DNA of 57,259 nt from Flavipsychrobacter sp. Lineage in GTDB: Bacteria > Bacteroidota > Bacteroidia > Chitinophagales > Chitinophagaceae. Positions within the stretch are counted from its first letter, which is position 1. Each line of letters opens with the position of its first letter. Under the pieces are notes generated by a model. The model ran no database searches, had not been told where the DNA came from, and worked only from the letters and a program-made list of their open reading frames with translations. The stretch is from NCBI GenBank assembly GCA_035497355.1, contig DATJDP010000103.1, positions 1 to 57,259 on the forward strand, in the 5' to 3' direction. Position numbers and translations under genes: made by a program. This document shows, piece after piece, positions 1-9,379 of the stretch.

Positions 1-1669
1 CAAACCTTGGCACTGCTACTTTTGGTATCTGCGTATGGGATAGCGATTCTGTATGGGTTTTAATTTTTATTTCTTTATCGCGAACGCGGTAGATGTAATA
101 CTCATCTTGAAAATGGCGCTTCTTCGCTTCCCAGTTTTGAAGCAAATGAAGGCTTTTTGGGTCGAGATCTAAAGCCACTTTGTTGTACACTTCCTCCAGT
201 TCTTTTATTAACCGGTCGTGGTCATCAAGCTTTTCGAGCATTTTAGACTTTGGAAAAGCTTTATCGGACAAAGTGTCTATTGTCTTTCTGATTCCAAACA
301 GCTTTTGCGCAACTTCAGCCTGCTGCCTCGACCATTTATCGTAGTTGCGGTTGCTTTCGGTGATCTCGCTGAGATAGCGTGTACGATTTGGCGGAATGAT
401 ATATATCTTCTCGCTCATCTCATTAGTGATCACGAAATCAGACTTCAAAGACTCATCAGCCGTCTTTTTCACTACGATGTCCATAAGCGCCTTGTACATG
501 GTATTTGTACCTGGGTCATTGAATTGAGAAGCGATAGTGCCGTAAACCGGCATTTCATCCGGCTTTTTGTCAAAGAGTTTATGATTGCGCTGATATTGCT
601 TTTTCACATCGCGGAGTGCATCCATGGCACCACGCTTGTCAAATTTGTTGATGACCACTATATCGGCAAAATCCAGCATGTCTATCTTTTCAAGTTGTGT
701 GGCAGCACCATATTCCGGCGTCATCACATACATACTAAGATCGCTGTAATCGGTAATTTGTGTATCGCTCTGGCCAATACCTGAGGTTTCGAGAATGATA
801 AGATCATATTTAGCGGTTTTGAGCACATTTACTGCATCAAGGATATATTTAGATACGGCAAGATTGCTCTGACGAGTTGCCATAGAGCGCATGTAGACCC
901 GGTCATTGCGTATTGCATTCATCCTTATTCTGTCGCCGAGTAAGGCACCGCCGGTTTTCTTTTTTGAAGGATCCACCGAAATGATGCCGATGTATTTATC
1001 AGGAAAATCGACCAGGAAACGACGAACAATTTCATCTACCAGCGAACTCTTTCCGGCACCCCCGGTACCTGTGATACCTAAAACGGGTACATGTGCTTTT
1101 TCTGCATCAACAGCTATCTTTTTTAGTACCGCTTGTGTCTCCGGTAGCTCACGATAGTTTTCTGCTGCAGAAATAAGCCTGGCAATGGATTTTGCGTCTT
1201 TCTCCAACAGATGTCCAGCCTCACCGTTCAGTTGATTGCCGGTTGGGAAATCGGACTTTTGAATGAGGTCATCGATCATTCCCTGCAGCCCCATTGCGCG
1301 ACCGTCATCTGGTGAATATATTTTGGTAATGCCGTAATCCTGCAGTTCCTGTATTTCCTCCGGCAAAATCACTCCACCACCACCAGCAAATATTTTTATA
1401 TGTCCGCAGCCCCTTTCCTTTAAAAGATCGCGCATGTATTTTAAATACTCTACGTGTCCGCCCTGGTAAGAAGTCATGGCAATGGCGTTTGCGTCTTCCT
1501 GTATAGCACAGTCCACCACCTCCTGCACACTACGGTCGTGACCGAGGTGGATCACTTCCACCCCACTTGCCTGCATCACCCGGCGCATAATATTTATGGA
1601 AGCATCATGACCGTCAAACAGGGAGGCGGCGGTAACGATACGCACTTTATTTTTTGGAGTATATGACAT
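1..1669 (-). CDS. icmF: Fused isobutyryl-CoA mutase (IcmF), N-terminal ~556 aa (B12-binding domain + MeaB-like G-protein domain); the rest of the gene lies beyond the window start
   Basis: Own minus-strand translation from ATG (complement of 1667-1669): MSYTPKNKVRIVTAASLFDGHDASINIMRR... (B12-binding DxHxxG-type region). It carries the P-loop GITGTGGAGKSS and the G4 motif NKFD, and the frame stays open to position 1. It is absent from the ORF track because there is no in-window stop. Plus-strand ORFs 218-784, 906-1157 and 1454-1666 are its antisense shadows. Confidence 0.8.
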   Translation of the reverse strand, partial: MSYTPKNKVRIVTAASLFDGHDASINIMRRVMQASGVEVIHLGHDRSVQEVVDCAIQEDANAIAMTSYQGGHVEYLKYMRDLLKERGCGHIKIFAGGGGVILPEEIQELQDYGITKIYSPDDGRAMGLQGMIDDLIQKSDFPTGNQLNGEAGHLLEKDAKSIARLISAAENYRELPETQAVLKKIAVDAEKAHVPVLGITGTGGAGKSSLVDEIVRRFLVDFPDKYIGIISVDPSKKKTGGALLGDRIRMNAIRNDRVYMRSMATRQSNLAVSKYILDAVNVLKTAKYDLIILETSGIGQSDTQITDYSDLSMYVMTPEYGAATQLEKIDMLDFADIVVINKFDKRGAMDALRDVKKQYQRNHKLFDKKPDEMPVYGTIASQFNDPGTNTMYKALMDIVVKKTADESLKSDFVITNEMSEKIYIIPPNRTRYLSEITESNRNYDKWSRQQAEVAQKLFGIRKTIDTLSDKAFPKSKMLEKLDDHDRLIKELEEVYNKVALDLDPKSLHLLQNWEAKKRHFQDEYYIYRVRDKEIKIKTHTESLSHTQIPKVAVPRF

Positions 1670-1793
1670 TACTGGTAAATTCAAAAAGTTAAACCAAGAG
1701 CCCAAAAGCATGCAAAATCGTTGCTTTTCGGCTACATCAATCGGAGTGCAAAGTTACGAAATGAAAAGCGAGTAAGATAATAGGCAGTAGCGG

Positions 1794-2405
1794 TCAAAAC
1801 CGGACAGAAAACCCGAGCTGGACTACGCTCAATCCGTCGTATCCTGCTTCACCATACAGGCCGAAGATATTATCAAGGTAGTACCGTGCGCCTGCCCTCA
1901 ATACAGGATAAATATGGGCCTTATGTTCGGGAGATCTGTAAGGCGCAATATTGCCATAGGTGTATTTCTGATAATCTACAGAAAGTCCTGCACCTGCATA
2001 TATGTCCAGCTTTGGATTTGTTATGAGGTTGGCAAAGTGATAGTTTCCCGAGAGGGAAAGAGCGAGTGTATTAATATCGTCGTAATAGATAATACCGGGC
2101 CGGCCAAAGTAGGAATAATGAAAGGTGCCGTAAGCAAAGGATGTAACCAACCCAAAGTTCTTAAACGCGCTAAACTCCAGCTTTGCATAGAACGGCCCAA
2201 ATCCTGTTGTTTTTATATGTGTATAGCCGGCAGGCTCGTTATAACTACTTCGGTACAGATTAGGGAAACCAATGCCGAAGGATATGATTTTGGTATTATT
2301 GCCAAAGCCGGAAGACACAATTTTATGGCCGGCCTCGCTTTGCTCCTGCGCATATCCGGATACAATGAAACCAATAAAAAGCATCAAAGTAAGAAAGGGT
2401 CGCAT
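1794..2405 (-). CDS. Small outer-membrane beta-barrel protein
   Basis: 203-aa ORF with signal peptide MRPFLTLMLFIGFIVSGYAQE, Gly/aromatic-rich alternating strands, and a C-terminus ...LGFSVRF ending in Phe as in beta-barrel OMPs. Confidence 0.6.
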   Translation of the reverse strand: MRPFLTLMLFIGFIVSGYAQEQSEAGHKIVSSGFGNNTKIISFGIGFPNLYRSSYNEPAGYTHIKTTGFGPFYAKLEFSAFKNFGLVTSFAYGTFHYSYFGRPGIIYYDDINTLALSLSGNYHFANLITNPKLDIYAGAGLSVDYQKYTYGNIAPYRSPEHKAHIYPVLRAGARYYLDNIFGLYGEAGYDGLSVVQLGFSVRF

Positions 2406-2508
2406 TATTTGTTTTAAAGTTTAAAAATAAGCTTGTTTCACCAATGCCTGACTAAAAGTTGACAATAAAACGATAAAAAGAGAAAATTATTCTATAAAAA
2501 GATGGCAT

Positions 2509-2535
2509 AAAAAAAGCAGCCCGAAAGCTGCTTTT
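2509..2535 (-). terminator. Rho-independent terminator downstream of the 2556-3323 OMP gene
   Basis: GC stem agcagc/gctgct around loop ccgaaa. On the minus strand it is followed by a run of T (plus-strand aaaaaaa at 2509-2515). Confidence 0.6.
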
Positions 2536-2555
2536 ATAATTAAATAAGATCAAAG

Positions 2556-3323
2556 TTATTCATCAACATCAGATGAGCTATTGCTCTTTGGTGCATCTTC
2601 GTCATCGTTTGTGTCCATATGACGACGATCCATACCTGGCTCTGCATGACCTCTCATACGGCGACCGCCGAGGTTAGCAGAGATACCGATGTTGAACTGA
2701 TGGCCGAAAGTAATAGCAAAAGCTGATTCTTTTGTTTCTCCAACTGCCAGATAAGATGCGCTGCCCGGATCGTTGTTTTTGTCCCATGTTCTTTGGGCAT
2801 AGCCTAAACCACCGAACGAAAAATTCAGCGCTAAACAATGAGTTATATTCACACCAACTGCAGGAAACCACGCAGCACCAAATCCCTTATACGCATTCTC
2901 CTGATCAGAAAGACCAGTGCTTTCAAAGGTTTCTTTGCCTGTTAGATAAGACACATTCAATTGATCGAAAAGGAAGATTCTTTTACTAACCGGCATAGTC
3001 ATTCTCGCAAAGAGACCCACGCCGATTTCACGCACTCTCTGCTCACCAGTAGCAGGACCCATTTCCATACTGTTTTTCGCGCCACTGATGTCTAGATTTA
3101 CACCCAGGGTCAGCATTTTATTAATTTGATAGCCTACACCAGGAGAAACATTCCACATGTTTTGTTTGTAAATAACATCGCTGGTACCGGGCAATCCATC
3201 ATCATTTGTAGTCTTATTTGTGCTAAACCCGGCGTCTCCATAAATCAATATGCTGCCAGGCTTCTGTGCTTGTGCTGTAGCCACTGCTCCAACAGCAAGA
3301 ATAGCAAGAATGAATTTCTTCAT
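2556..3323 (-). CDS. Outer-membrane beta-barrel protein with an unusual acidic C-terminal tail
   Basis: 255-aa ORF with signal peptide MKKFILAILAVGAVATAQAQ and a porin-like Gly/aromatic strand pattern. The C-terminal ~45 aa are charged (…DTNDDEDAPKSNSSSDVDE). Confidence 0.6.
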   Translation of the reverse strand: MKKFILAILAVGAVATAQAQKPGSILIYGDAGFSTNKTTNDDGLPGTSDVIYKQNMWNVSPGVGYQINKMLTLGVNLDISGAKNSMEMGPATGEQRVREIGVGLFARMTMPVSKRIFLFDQLNVSYLTGKETFESTGLSDQENAYKGFGAAWFPAVGVNITHCLALNFSFGGLGYAQRTWDKNNDPGSASYLAVGETKESAFAITFGHQFNIGISANLGGRRMRGHAEPGMDRRHMDTNDDEDAPKSNSSSDVDE

Positions 3324-3648
3324 AAAAGTTAGTTGTGTTTGATTTATCCAACAAATGTAATTGACGATATTTATTAAAGCAATAGTTACGAAAAAAATAC
3401 AGTTGGCAGCGGTTAGTTGGCAATTGGCAGTTGGCCAATTATTTTTTGAATTTTATTTATTATCCAGTTTAGATTTCATGGCCATGATCCAAAATCCATA
3501 ATATGAGCGTCCCTATGGCAATGAAATCGCCGCCAGGGGCTTACTTTGATTCCGCCTTCGCATTTGCCGCATTCTGCTCCTTCCTCATCCACTCTGCACT
3601 CTCCTCTCTGCGCTCTGTCTTTCTGCTCACTGTCCTCTGCATTCTGCC

Positions 3649-4161
3649 CTATTTAAACCAGCTGCTATACATTACATAGTTATTTGCTATTCGTTCTACT
3701 TCTCCCTTCAGCAGCTCCTGGCTAATGTCCTTTACCTTTTTTGCAGGGATACCAGCGAATATGGTACCCGGAGGGATCTCCGTATCTTCCAGCACTACCG
3801 CCCCGGCGGCAATAATGCTATTGCTTCCTATCCTTACCCTATCCATTACTATTGCGCCCATGCCTATTAGCACATTATCTTCTACCGTGCAGCCATGAAC
3901 AATAGCATGATGGCCAATAGATACGTTATTGCCAATAATAGTCTGCGATTTCTGATAAGTGCAGTGGATACAGGCACCGTCCTGTATATTGACACGATGC
4001 CCCATCCTGATGGCATTTACATCGCCGCGCACTACCGCATTAAACCAGATGGAACACTCCTTGCCCATTACCACATCGCCAACAATGGTGGCATTTGGCG
4101 CTATAAAGCAGTCTTCTGGTATCTGCGGGGAAACACCCTTTACTGGCAGGATCACTGGCAT
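3649..4161 (-). CDS. Gamma-class carbonic anhydrase-like / hexapeptide-repeat (left-handed beta-helix) protein
   Basis: 170 aa. It shows the typical YrdA/PaaY-like N-terminus (…IPEDCFIAPNATIVGDVVMGKECSIWFNAVVRGDVNAIRMG…) and repeated [LIV]G hexapeptides. Confidence 0.75.
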   Translation of the reverse strand: MPVILPVKGVSPQIPEDCFIAPNATIVGDVVMGKECSIWFNAVVRGDVNAIRMGHRVNIQDGACIHCTYQKSQTIIGNNVSIGHHAIVHGCTVEDNVLIGMGAIVMDRVRIGSNSIIAAGAVVLEDTEIPPGTIFAGIPAKKVKDISQELLKGEVERIANNYVMYSSWFK

Positions 4162-4210
4162 AGTTCAAAAATCAAAGAATGAATGAATAATTAAAGAAAA
4201 CAGCAAAGTT

Positions 4211-4927
4211 CTATCTAAACAAATTGTACTTCAAAATACAATAGATAGCCCGAAAACCGTCTTTCCAGCCAATCTTTTTGCCTTCTTCGTAGGTGCGGCC
4301 ATAATAAGAAATGCCTACTTCATAGACCCTCACCTTCGGTACTCTCGCGATCTTTGCCGTAATCTCGGGCTCGAAGCCGAAACGGTTTTCCTCCAGCTTA
4401 ATGCTTTGTATCACCTCCCTACGAAACAATTTGTAGCATGTTTCCATATCGGTCAGATTAAGATTGGTAAGCATATTGGAGAGGGTAGTAAGCCAGCGAT
4501 TGCCTATGGAATGCCAGAAGAAAAGTATGCGGTGCGGGTTGCCGCCTATGAACCTGGAGCCATAAACCACATCGGCAAAGCCGTCAAGTATTGGCTGCAG
4601 CAAAACATTGTATTCGTTCGGGTCATACTCAAGGTCAGCATCCTGTATGATCACAAAATCGCCGGTCGCCTTCTCTATCCCTGTGTGCAAAGCAGCTCCT
4701 TTGCCACGATTCACTTCATGTTTGTAGTAGGTAATAGCAAACTCAGGGTTCGTTTGCTTGTAATTTATAATAGCTTCTTCCGTATTATCCCTGGAGCAGT
4801 CATTCACAATGATCACCTCTTTCCGTATATCATTAATAAGATTTACGGCTTTCACCTTATTAAGAATGTGGTGGATGGTTGCACCTTCATTGTAAGCAGG
4901 AATAACAATAGAGAGAGTCTGGCTCAT
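4211..4927 (-). CDS. Family 2 glycosyltransferase (polyprenyl-phosphate sugar synthase-like)
   Basis: [15 protein letters not shown]… start and a DAD-type motif ([10 protein letters not shown]). The ATG is the complement of 4925-4927. The 42-aa N-terminal extension in the ORF track (to 5053) runs through intergenic repeats and is rejected. Confidence 0.8.
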   Translation of the reverse strand: MSQTLSIVIPAYNEGATIHHILNKVKAVNLINDIRKEVIIVNDCSRDNTEEAIINYKQTNPEFAITYYKHEVNRGKGAALHTGIEKATGDFVIIQDADLEYDPNEYNVLLQPILDGFADVVYGSRFIGGNPHRILFFWHSIGNRWLTTLSNMLTNLNLTDMETCYKLFRREVIQSIKLEENRFGFEPEITAKIARVPKVRVYEVGISYYGRTYEEGKKIGWKDGFRAIYCILKYNLFR

Positions 4928-4970
4928 GAAAAAATTCAAAAGTAATGAGTACAGCGGAAGTAGCAAGTAG

Positions 4971-5146
4971 AAAGTAGAAAGACAAAAGTAGAAAGTTAGC
5001 GAGTAGGCGGTAACGAGAATTAGCAAATCAGCAAATTGCCTTCTCGTTCTCAACTCCTTAACTTCTCAACTCTTGCTGAAAAAGTAGAAAGACAAAAGTA
5101 GAAAGCTAGCGAGTAAGAGGTAACGAGAATTAGCAAATTGCCTTCC
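4971..5146. repeat. Two ~58-bp direct repeats (aaagtagaaagacaaaagtagaaagNtagcgagtaNgNggtaacgagaattagcaaat) in the divergent GT2/thyA intergenic region
   Basis: Copies read at 4971-5028 and 5081-5138. Each is followed by ttgcc-ttc… sequence. Confidence 0.85.
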
Positions 5147-5240
5147 CCTTCTCTCCTTCCCTTCCTACCAAAGTTCGATCATCCGAAAGAGCCTGGAAGG
5201 TTAAGTTTTGTTTTTTGAACTTTGTCAGTGACCTTGTCAG

Positions 5241-5279
5241 TAATTTTGAACTTCGCCGCTGGCAATACCAGTAATTTTG
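5241..5279 (+). promoter_or_regulatory. Two candidate Bacteroidetes -7 boxes (TAATTTTG, fits TAnnTTTG) upstream of thyA
   Basis: taattttg at 5241-5248 and 5272-5279, both inside a short duplicated cagtaattttgaa motif. The ATG of thyA is at 5289. No clear -33 TTG was identified. Confidence 0.3.
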
Positions 5280-5288
5280 AATTTAGCT

Positions 5289-6119
5289 ATGCAACAATAC
5301 TTAACGCTTCTAAGACATATACTTGATAATGGTGTTGAAAAATCTGACCGTACGGGCACAGGGACGGTCAGCGTGTTTGGATACCAGATGCGCTTTGATC
5401 TGCAACATGGCTTTCCGATGGTAACGACTAAGAAGCTCCACCTGAAATCGATTATCCACGAATTGCTCTGGTTTCTGAAAGGAGATACGAATATTAAATA
5501 CCTTAAAGATAATGGCGTTGGTATATGGGATGAGTGGGCAGACGAAAACGGAAACCTTGGCCCGGTATATGGACACCAGTGGCGTAGCTGGACAGGCGCT
5601 GATGGGAAAACCTACGACCAGATCAAAGACGTGCTGCATCAGATCAAAACAAATCCTGATAGTCGGCGCATGATCGTAAATGCATGGAATGTAGCCGACC
5701 TTCCTAAGATGGCCCTCAGCCCCTGTCATGCACTGTTTCAGTTTTATGTAAGCCCCCTCCCAGCCTCCCCCGAAGGAGGAGGAGCACCCAAAGCACGGCT
5801 TTCATGTCAGCTATACCAACGGAGTGCCGACGCTTTTCTCGGTGTACCTTTCAATATTGCTTCTTATGCTTTGCTAACGATGATGATGGCGCAGGTTTGT
5901 GGTCTGGAGCCGGGAGACTTCATTCACACATTTGGGGACGTACATTTATATAGTAACCACATAGAGCAGACGAAGCTCCAGCTTACCCGTGAGCCGTTTC
6001 CGCCGCCAACTATGAAGCTTAATCCGGAAGTAAAAGACCTGTTTGATTTCAGATTTGAAGATTTTACATTGGAAAACTATCAAAGCCACCCACATATCAA
6101 AGCGCCGGTGGCGGTCTGA
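5289..6119 (+). CDS. thyA: Thymidylate synthase ThyA, carrying an extra ~11-aa loop insertion
   Basis: [15 protein letters not shown]…, DRTGTGT, catalytic …[12 protein letters not shown]…, …[26 protein letters not shown]…, C-terminus [10 protein letters not shown]. It is collinear with E. coli ThyA except for [15 protein letters not shown], which replaces the short ADGK loop. Confidence 0.95.
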   Translation: MQQYLTLLRHILDNGVEKSDRTGTGTVSVFGYQMRFDLQHGFPMVTTKKLHLKSIIHELLWFLKGDTNIKYLKDNGVGIWDEWADENGNLGPVYGHQWRSWTGADGKTYDQIKDVLHQIKTNPDSRRMIVNAWNVADLPKMALSPCHALFQFYVSPLPASPEGGGAPKARLSCQLYQRSADAFLGVPFNIASYALLTMMMAQVCGLEPGDFIHTFGDVHLYSNHIEQTKLQLTREPFPPPTMKLNPEVKDLFDFRFEDFTLENYQSHPHIKAPVAV

Positions 6120-6128
6120 ATAATTGTC

Positions 6129-6401
6129 ATGCGCAAGTACAGCAGTAACGAAGAGGCTATTATCGCAAATGCAAGACGCATCTTGACTAACCAGATCACA
6201 TTACCATTTGGTGCTATGAGAATGTATAGATTACAATCGGATCTCAAAGAACCTTTCCCAGTTGACTTGACCGTTTTTAAGACGTTTCTGAATACCATTA
6301 GCAGCTATCCTATTGGTACGGAACGGTTGCTTTGGAATATTGATGCATTAAAACAACAGGAGCGCGATATTGACAGAGCAATTATGGACTATAGGATTTA
6401 A
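6129..6401 (+). CDS. Hypothetical 90-aa protein between thyA and folA
   Basis: The ORF starts 10 nt after the thyA stop and fills the thyA-folA gap. No recognisable motif. Confidence 0.35.
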   Translation: MRKYSSNEEAIIANARRILTNQITLPFGAMRMYRLQSDLKEPFPVDLTVFKTFLNTISSYPIGTERLLWNIDALKQQERDIDRAIMDYRI

Positions 6402-6447
6402 TTTTTGACAAGTGCTTCGAAATAATCCAATTAATAAAAAATACGTA

Positions 6448-6951
6448 ATGATCTTATCCGCTATAGTTGCCATTTCAGAAAACAATGCCATTGGTAAGGA
6501 CAATCAATTGCCCTGGCACCTGCCTGACGACTTGAAGTTTTTTAAGAAAACCACGATGGGGAAACCGGTACTGATGGGCAGGAAAACATTTGAATCGCTC
6601 GGTAAGCCCTTGCGGGGCAGGTTGAACATCGTCGTTTCGCACCAGCAGGATTTACACTTACCGGAAGGCGTATTATTATACAACAATCTGGATGAAGCAC
6701 TGAAAAGACTGGAGCAGGAGCCTGTTGACGAAGCTTTTGTTATAGGTGGAGGAAAGATATTTGAAGAGACAATAAATGACCTGGATCGCCTGTATGTAAC
6801 AAGAGTAAAGACGGTCATTGAAGGTGCTACAGCCTTCTTTCCCGAAGTAGACCATACTCACTGGAAGCTGGTATGGGAAGAACCACATGATGCAGATGAA
6901 AGACATCGCTACTCCTTTACCTTTCAGAAACTAGAAAGAATTGACTTGTGA
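6448..6951 (+). CDS. folA: Dihydrofolate reductase
   Basis: MILSAIVAISENNAIGKDNQLPWHLPDDLKFFKKTTMGKPVLMGRKTFESLG… is the classic DHFR N-terminus, with VIGGGKIFEE downstream. ATG at 6448 is preferred over the GTG at 6412 in the ORF track. Confidence 0.9.
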   Translation: MILSAIVAISENNAIGKDNQLPWHLPDDLKFFKKTTMGKPVLMGRKTFESLGKPLRGRLNIVVSHQQDLHLPEGVLLYNNLDEALKRLEQEPVDEAFVIGGGKIFEETINDLDRLYVTRVKTVIEGATAFFPEVDHTHWKLVWEEPHDADERHRYSFTFQKLERIDL

Positions 6952-7532
6952 GTAAAAGCCATCGGTTAAAACAATACCTTAAGTATCGCCACAGGGCAAA
7001 ATCGCGCCACGGGGTTCACTCACCTTTTGTATATGACCTTGTGGAAGAGTTGCTGCGCCAAAAAAGATCGCCTGCGGGGTTGATCCTTATCACGTCGAAG
7101 CATAAAAAACTTGTCAATAAGATACTGCACTACTTGCAGTGCAAGCATATTTTATGGCTTACTAATACGAATGGAGCGGCAGATACGTTTGTTTCAATAG
7201 AAAGGGAAGCCGGCAATCAGATCAATCTGCAAACAAAACGTTTCGATTTTCAGAAAAGCGACGCTTACCCTCCACCCGATATTTACCTTTTGGATGTCGC
7301 TGATCCTGTGGACTGGCTAAACGCCTGGGAAAGATACAAGCCTCTTTTGCGGCCAGATGATATAATACTGATTACGGCCATCCACTATTCCAGGGCACAT
7401 ACAAAAACATGGGAGGCAATTGCAGCAAATACAGCGGTACGGCTAAGCGTTGATCTGTTCAAGGTTGGATTGCTTTTTTTCAAAGACGAATTCAAAGAGA
7501 AGCAGCATTTTGTGTTGAAGCATGCCAAATGA
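6948..7532 (+). CDS. Hypothetical protein (possibly methyltransferase-fold)
   Basis: 194-aa ORF whose GTG start overlaps the folA stop by 4 nt (operon-like). It has an N-terminal …HGVHSPFVYDL… motif. Function is not assignable from sequence alone. Confidence 0.5.
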   Translation: MSKSHRLKQYLKYRHRAKSRHGVHSPFVYDLVEELLRQKRSPAGLILITSKHKKLVNKILHYLQCKHILWLTNTNGAADTFVSIEREAGNQINLQTKRFDFQKSDAYPPPDIYLLDVADPVDWLNAWERYKPLLRPDDIILITAIHYSRAHTKTWEAIAANTAVRLSVDLFKVGLLFFKDEFKEKQHFVLKHAK

Positions 7533-7640
7533 GGAGCAATACCTTAAGTGTGCCATCGGTGTCGGGGCCAAATAGGGAAGTATCAAACATAAAAAGGCGC
7601 ATTTCGTTAGGTTATTTTAGAAATTAATTGCCAAAACAAA

Positions 7641-7669
7641 GAGGCCATACCCGCTCTGGATATGGCCTC
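7641..7669. terminator. Bidirectional hairpin terminator between convergent genes
   Basis: gaggccata-cccgctctgga-tatggcctc is a perfect 9-bp stem lying between the stop at 7532 (+) and the stop at 7692 (-). Confidence 0.55.
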
Positions 7670-7691
7670 CATTAAGTCGTTTAAATAACGT

Positions 7692-7868
7692 TTACTCTCC
7701 CAGTCTGTCGTCAGTGCCCTGCTGCTGACCAAGGAAGTTATCCACCATTCCTTGCATCATCGGCGGCAATTGCGACTGGATATAGTTCTTAATTACTTCA
7801 ATTGATTTTTCAGCCTGGTCCTGAGTAAGTCCGGCCTTGGCTACTAATTCGTTTATCAGTTCCTGCAT
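7692..7868 (-). CDS. Small hypothetical protein (58 aa), not in the ORF track
   Basis: Own translation: MQELINELVAKAGLTQDQAEKSIEVIKNYIQSQLPPMMQGMVDNFLGQQQGTDDRLGE. It is helical, sits just downstream of clpX on the same strand, and is followed by the hairpin at 7641-7669. Confidence 0.4.
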   Translation of the reverse strand: MQELINELVAKAGLTQDQAEKSIEVIKNYIQSQLPPMMQGMVDNFLGQQQGTDDRLGE

Positions 7869-7922
7869 ATCAGTTTGAAATTTGTGATTTGGAATTTGAA
7901 ATCAGGGTTTTGGACTTCTTTT

Positions 7923-9176
7923 TTATGCTGCTTTCAGATAATCCAACTTTGAATGCTCCAGCATCTGCCTTGCATAATCTGCCGTAAGGTGGAATACCTG
8001 CTCCTTCTTCTCCTGTGATGGGATATCGAACATCGCATCTGTCAACACCATTTCACAGATAGCACGAAGGCCCCGACCGCCCAATTTGTATTCTACCGCT
8101 TTATTCACCATATAGTCCAGCGCTCCCTCTTCCACTTCCAGTTTTACGCCTTCATATTCGAACAGCTTACTATACTGCTTTATCAGAGCATTTTTAGGTT
8201 CGGTAAGAATACGCTTCAGCGCCGGCTTATCCAATGGATTTAAGTAGGTAACGATCGGCAACCGTCCGAGTAACTCCGGTATTAAACCGAAAGTACGGAG
8301 ATCCTGTGCGTTTACATACTGCAGCAGGTTCGCGCGATCCAGTTCTTTGCTCGATTTGATGGCATTATAGCCGATGGCTGAAGTCTGCACCCGGCGGGCG
8401 ATCATCTTATCAATACCCTCAAATGCACCACCGCAGATGAATAGAATGTTCTGCGTGTTTACCTTCACCATTTTTTGTTCCGGATGTTTCCGTCCGCCCT
8501 GTGGTGGCACCAGCACTTCAGAGCCTTCCAATAGCTTCAGCATAGCCTGCTGCACCCCTTCTCCGCTTACATCGCGGGTAATGGAAGGATTGTCGCTCTT
8601 ACGGCCGATCTTGTCTATTTCGTCAATGTAAACGATGCCACGTTCAGCAGCCGCAATATCAAAATTGCATGCCTGCAGCAGCCGCGACAAAATGCTCTCT
8701 ACATCCTCACCAACATAGCCGGCTTCTGTAAATACCGTCGCGTCAACGATAGCAAACGGAACCTGCAATAGTCGCGCAATGGTCTTGGCAAGCAGTGTTT
8801 TCCCGGTTCCCGTTTCTCCTACCATAATGATGTTCGATTTTTCGATCTCTACATCATCCATCGAAGGCATGGTAAGTCTTTTATAATGGTTATAGATAGC
8901 TACAGATAATATCTTTTTAGCATCAATTTGCCCGATCACGTACTGATCAAGAAAGGCCATTATTTCTTTTGGCTTATAGATCTTATGCTGCTGAAGACTA
9001 AGCTTCATATCCTTTTCCTTTCCCTTCTGCGTGTCGCCGAGTGCCTCCTGCAACAAATAATGCGCATTCTCAATGCACTGATCGCAAATGTTCCCTTTCA
9101 TTCCCGTAAAGAGTATATTTACCTCACTTTCAACACGATCACAAAAAGAACATTTCCTTTCGGTAGTTTTCGCCAT
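7923..9176 (-). CDS. clpX: ATP-dependent Clp protease ATP-binding subunit ClpX
   Basis: N-terminal C4 zinc finger (CSFCDR…CDQC), Walker A GETGTGKT, Walker B VYIDEIDK, and a ClpX-typical length of 417 aa. Confidence 0.95.
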   Translation of the reverse strand: MAKTTERKCSFCDRVESEVNILFTGMKGNICDQCIENAHYLLQEALGDTQKGKEKDMKLSLQQHKIYKPKEIMAFLDQYVIGQIDAKKILSVAIYNHYKRLTMPSMDDVEIEKSNIIMVGETGTGKTLLAKTIARLLQVPFAIVDATVFTEAGYVGEDVESILSRLLQACNFDIAAAERGIVYIDEIDKIGRKSDNPSITRDVSGEGVQQAMLKLLEGSEVLVPPQGGRKHPEQKMVKVNTQNILFICGGAFEGIDKMIARRVQTSAIGYNAIKSSKELDRANLLQYVNAQDLRTFGLIPELLGRLPIVTYLNPLDKPALKRILTEPKNALIKQYSKLFEYEGVKLEVEEGALDYMVNKAVEYKLGGRGLRAICEMVLTDAMFDIPSQEKKEQVFHLTADYARQMLEHSKLDYLKAA

Positions 9177-9201
9177 TTGTATGTTTAATACGTTTAAACG
9201 G

Positions 9202-9209
9202 CAAAGGTA
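9202..9209 (-). promoter_or_regulatory. Candidate -7 box (TACCTTTG on the minus strand) for clpX
   Basis: Plus-strand caaaggta equals minus-strand tacctttg, which matches TAnnTTTG about 25 nt upstream of the clpX ATG. Confidence 0.3.
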
Positions 9210-9211
9210 AG

Positions 9212-9368
9212 TAATTAGCTAATTAGCCGATTAGCCAATTAGCTAATGTATCTACACAGGGCGTAAGTGAAAATGATTAGTCGAATAGCTAAATGCGTGT
9301 ATATAGTGAGTAACTGAAAATGAGGGGCATTAACTAATTGGCCAATTATCACATTGGCTAATTGAATT
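9212..9368. repeat. Two patches of AATTAGCN octamer-type repeats in inverted orientation (clpX-priA divergent spacer)
   Basis: 9212-9248 reads taattagctaattagccgattagccaattagctaatg. 9331-9368 reads ttaactaattggccaattatcacattggctaattgaattaa, which is the reverse-complement word family. Confidence 0.8.
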
Positions 9369-9379
9369 AACTTGCGTGC

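Noticed and set aside
218-1666. Plus-strand ORFs 218-784, 906-1157 and 1454-1666 from the ORF track
   Set aside because: They are antisense to a continuous, motif-rich minus-strand frame (IcmF B12 + MeaB domains) that the track omits because it has no in-window stop. Their translations are low-quality, Cys/His/Phe-rich shadows.
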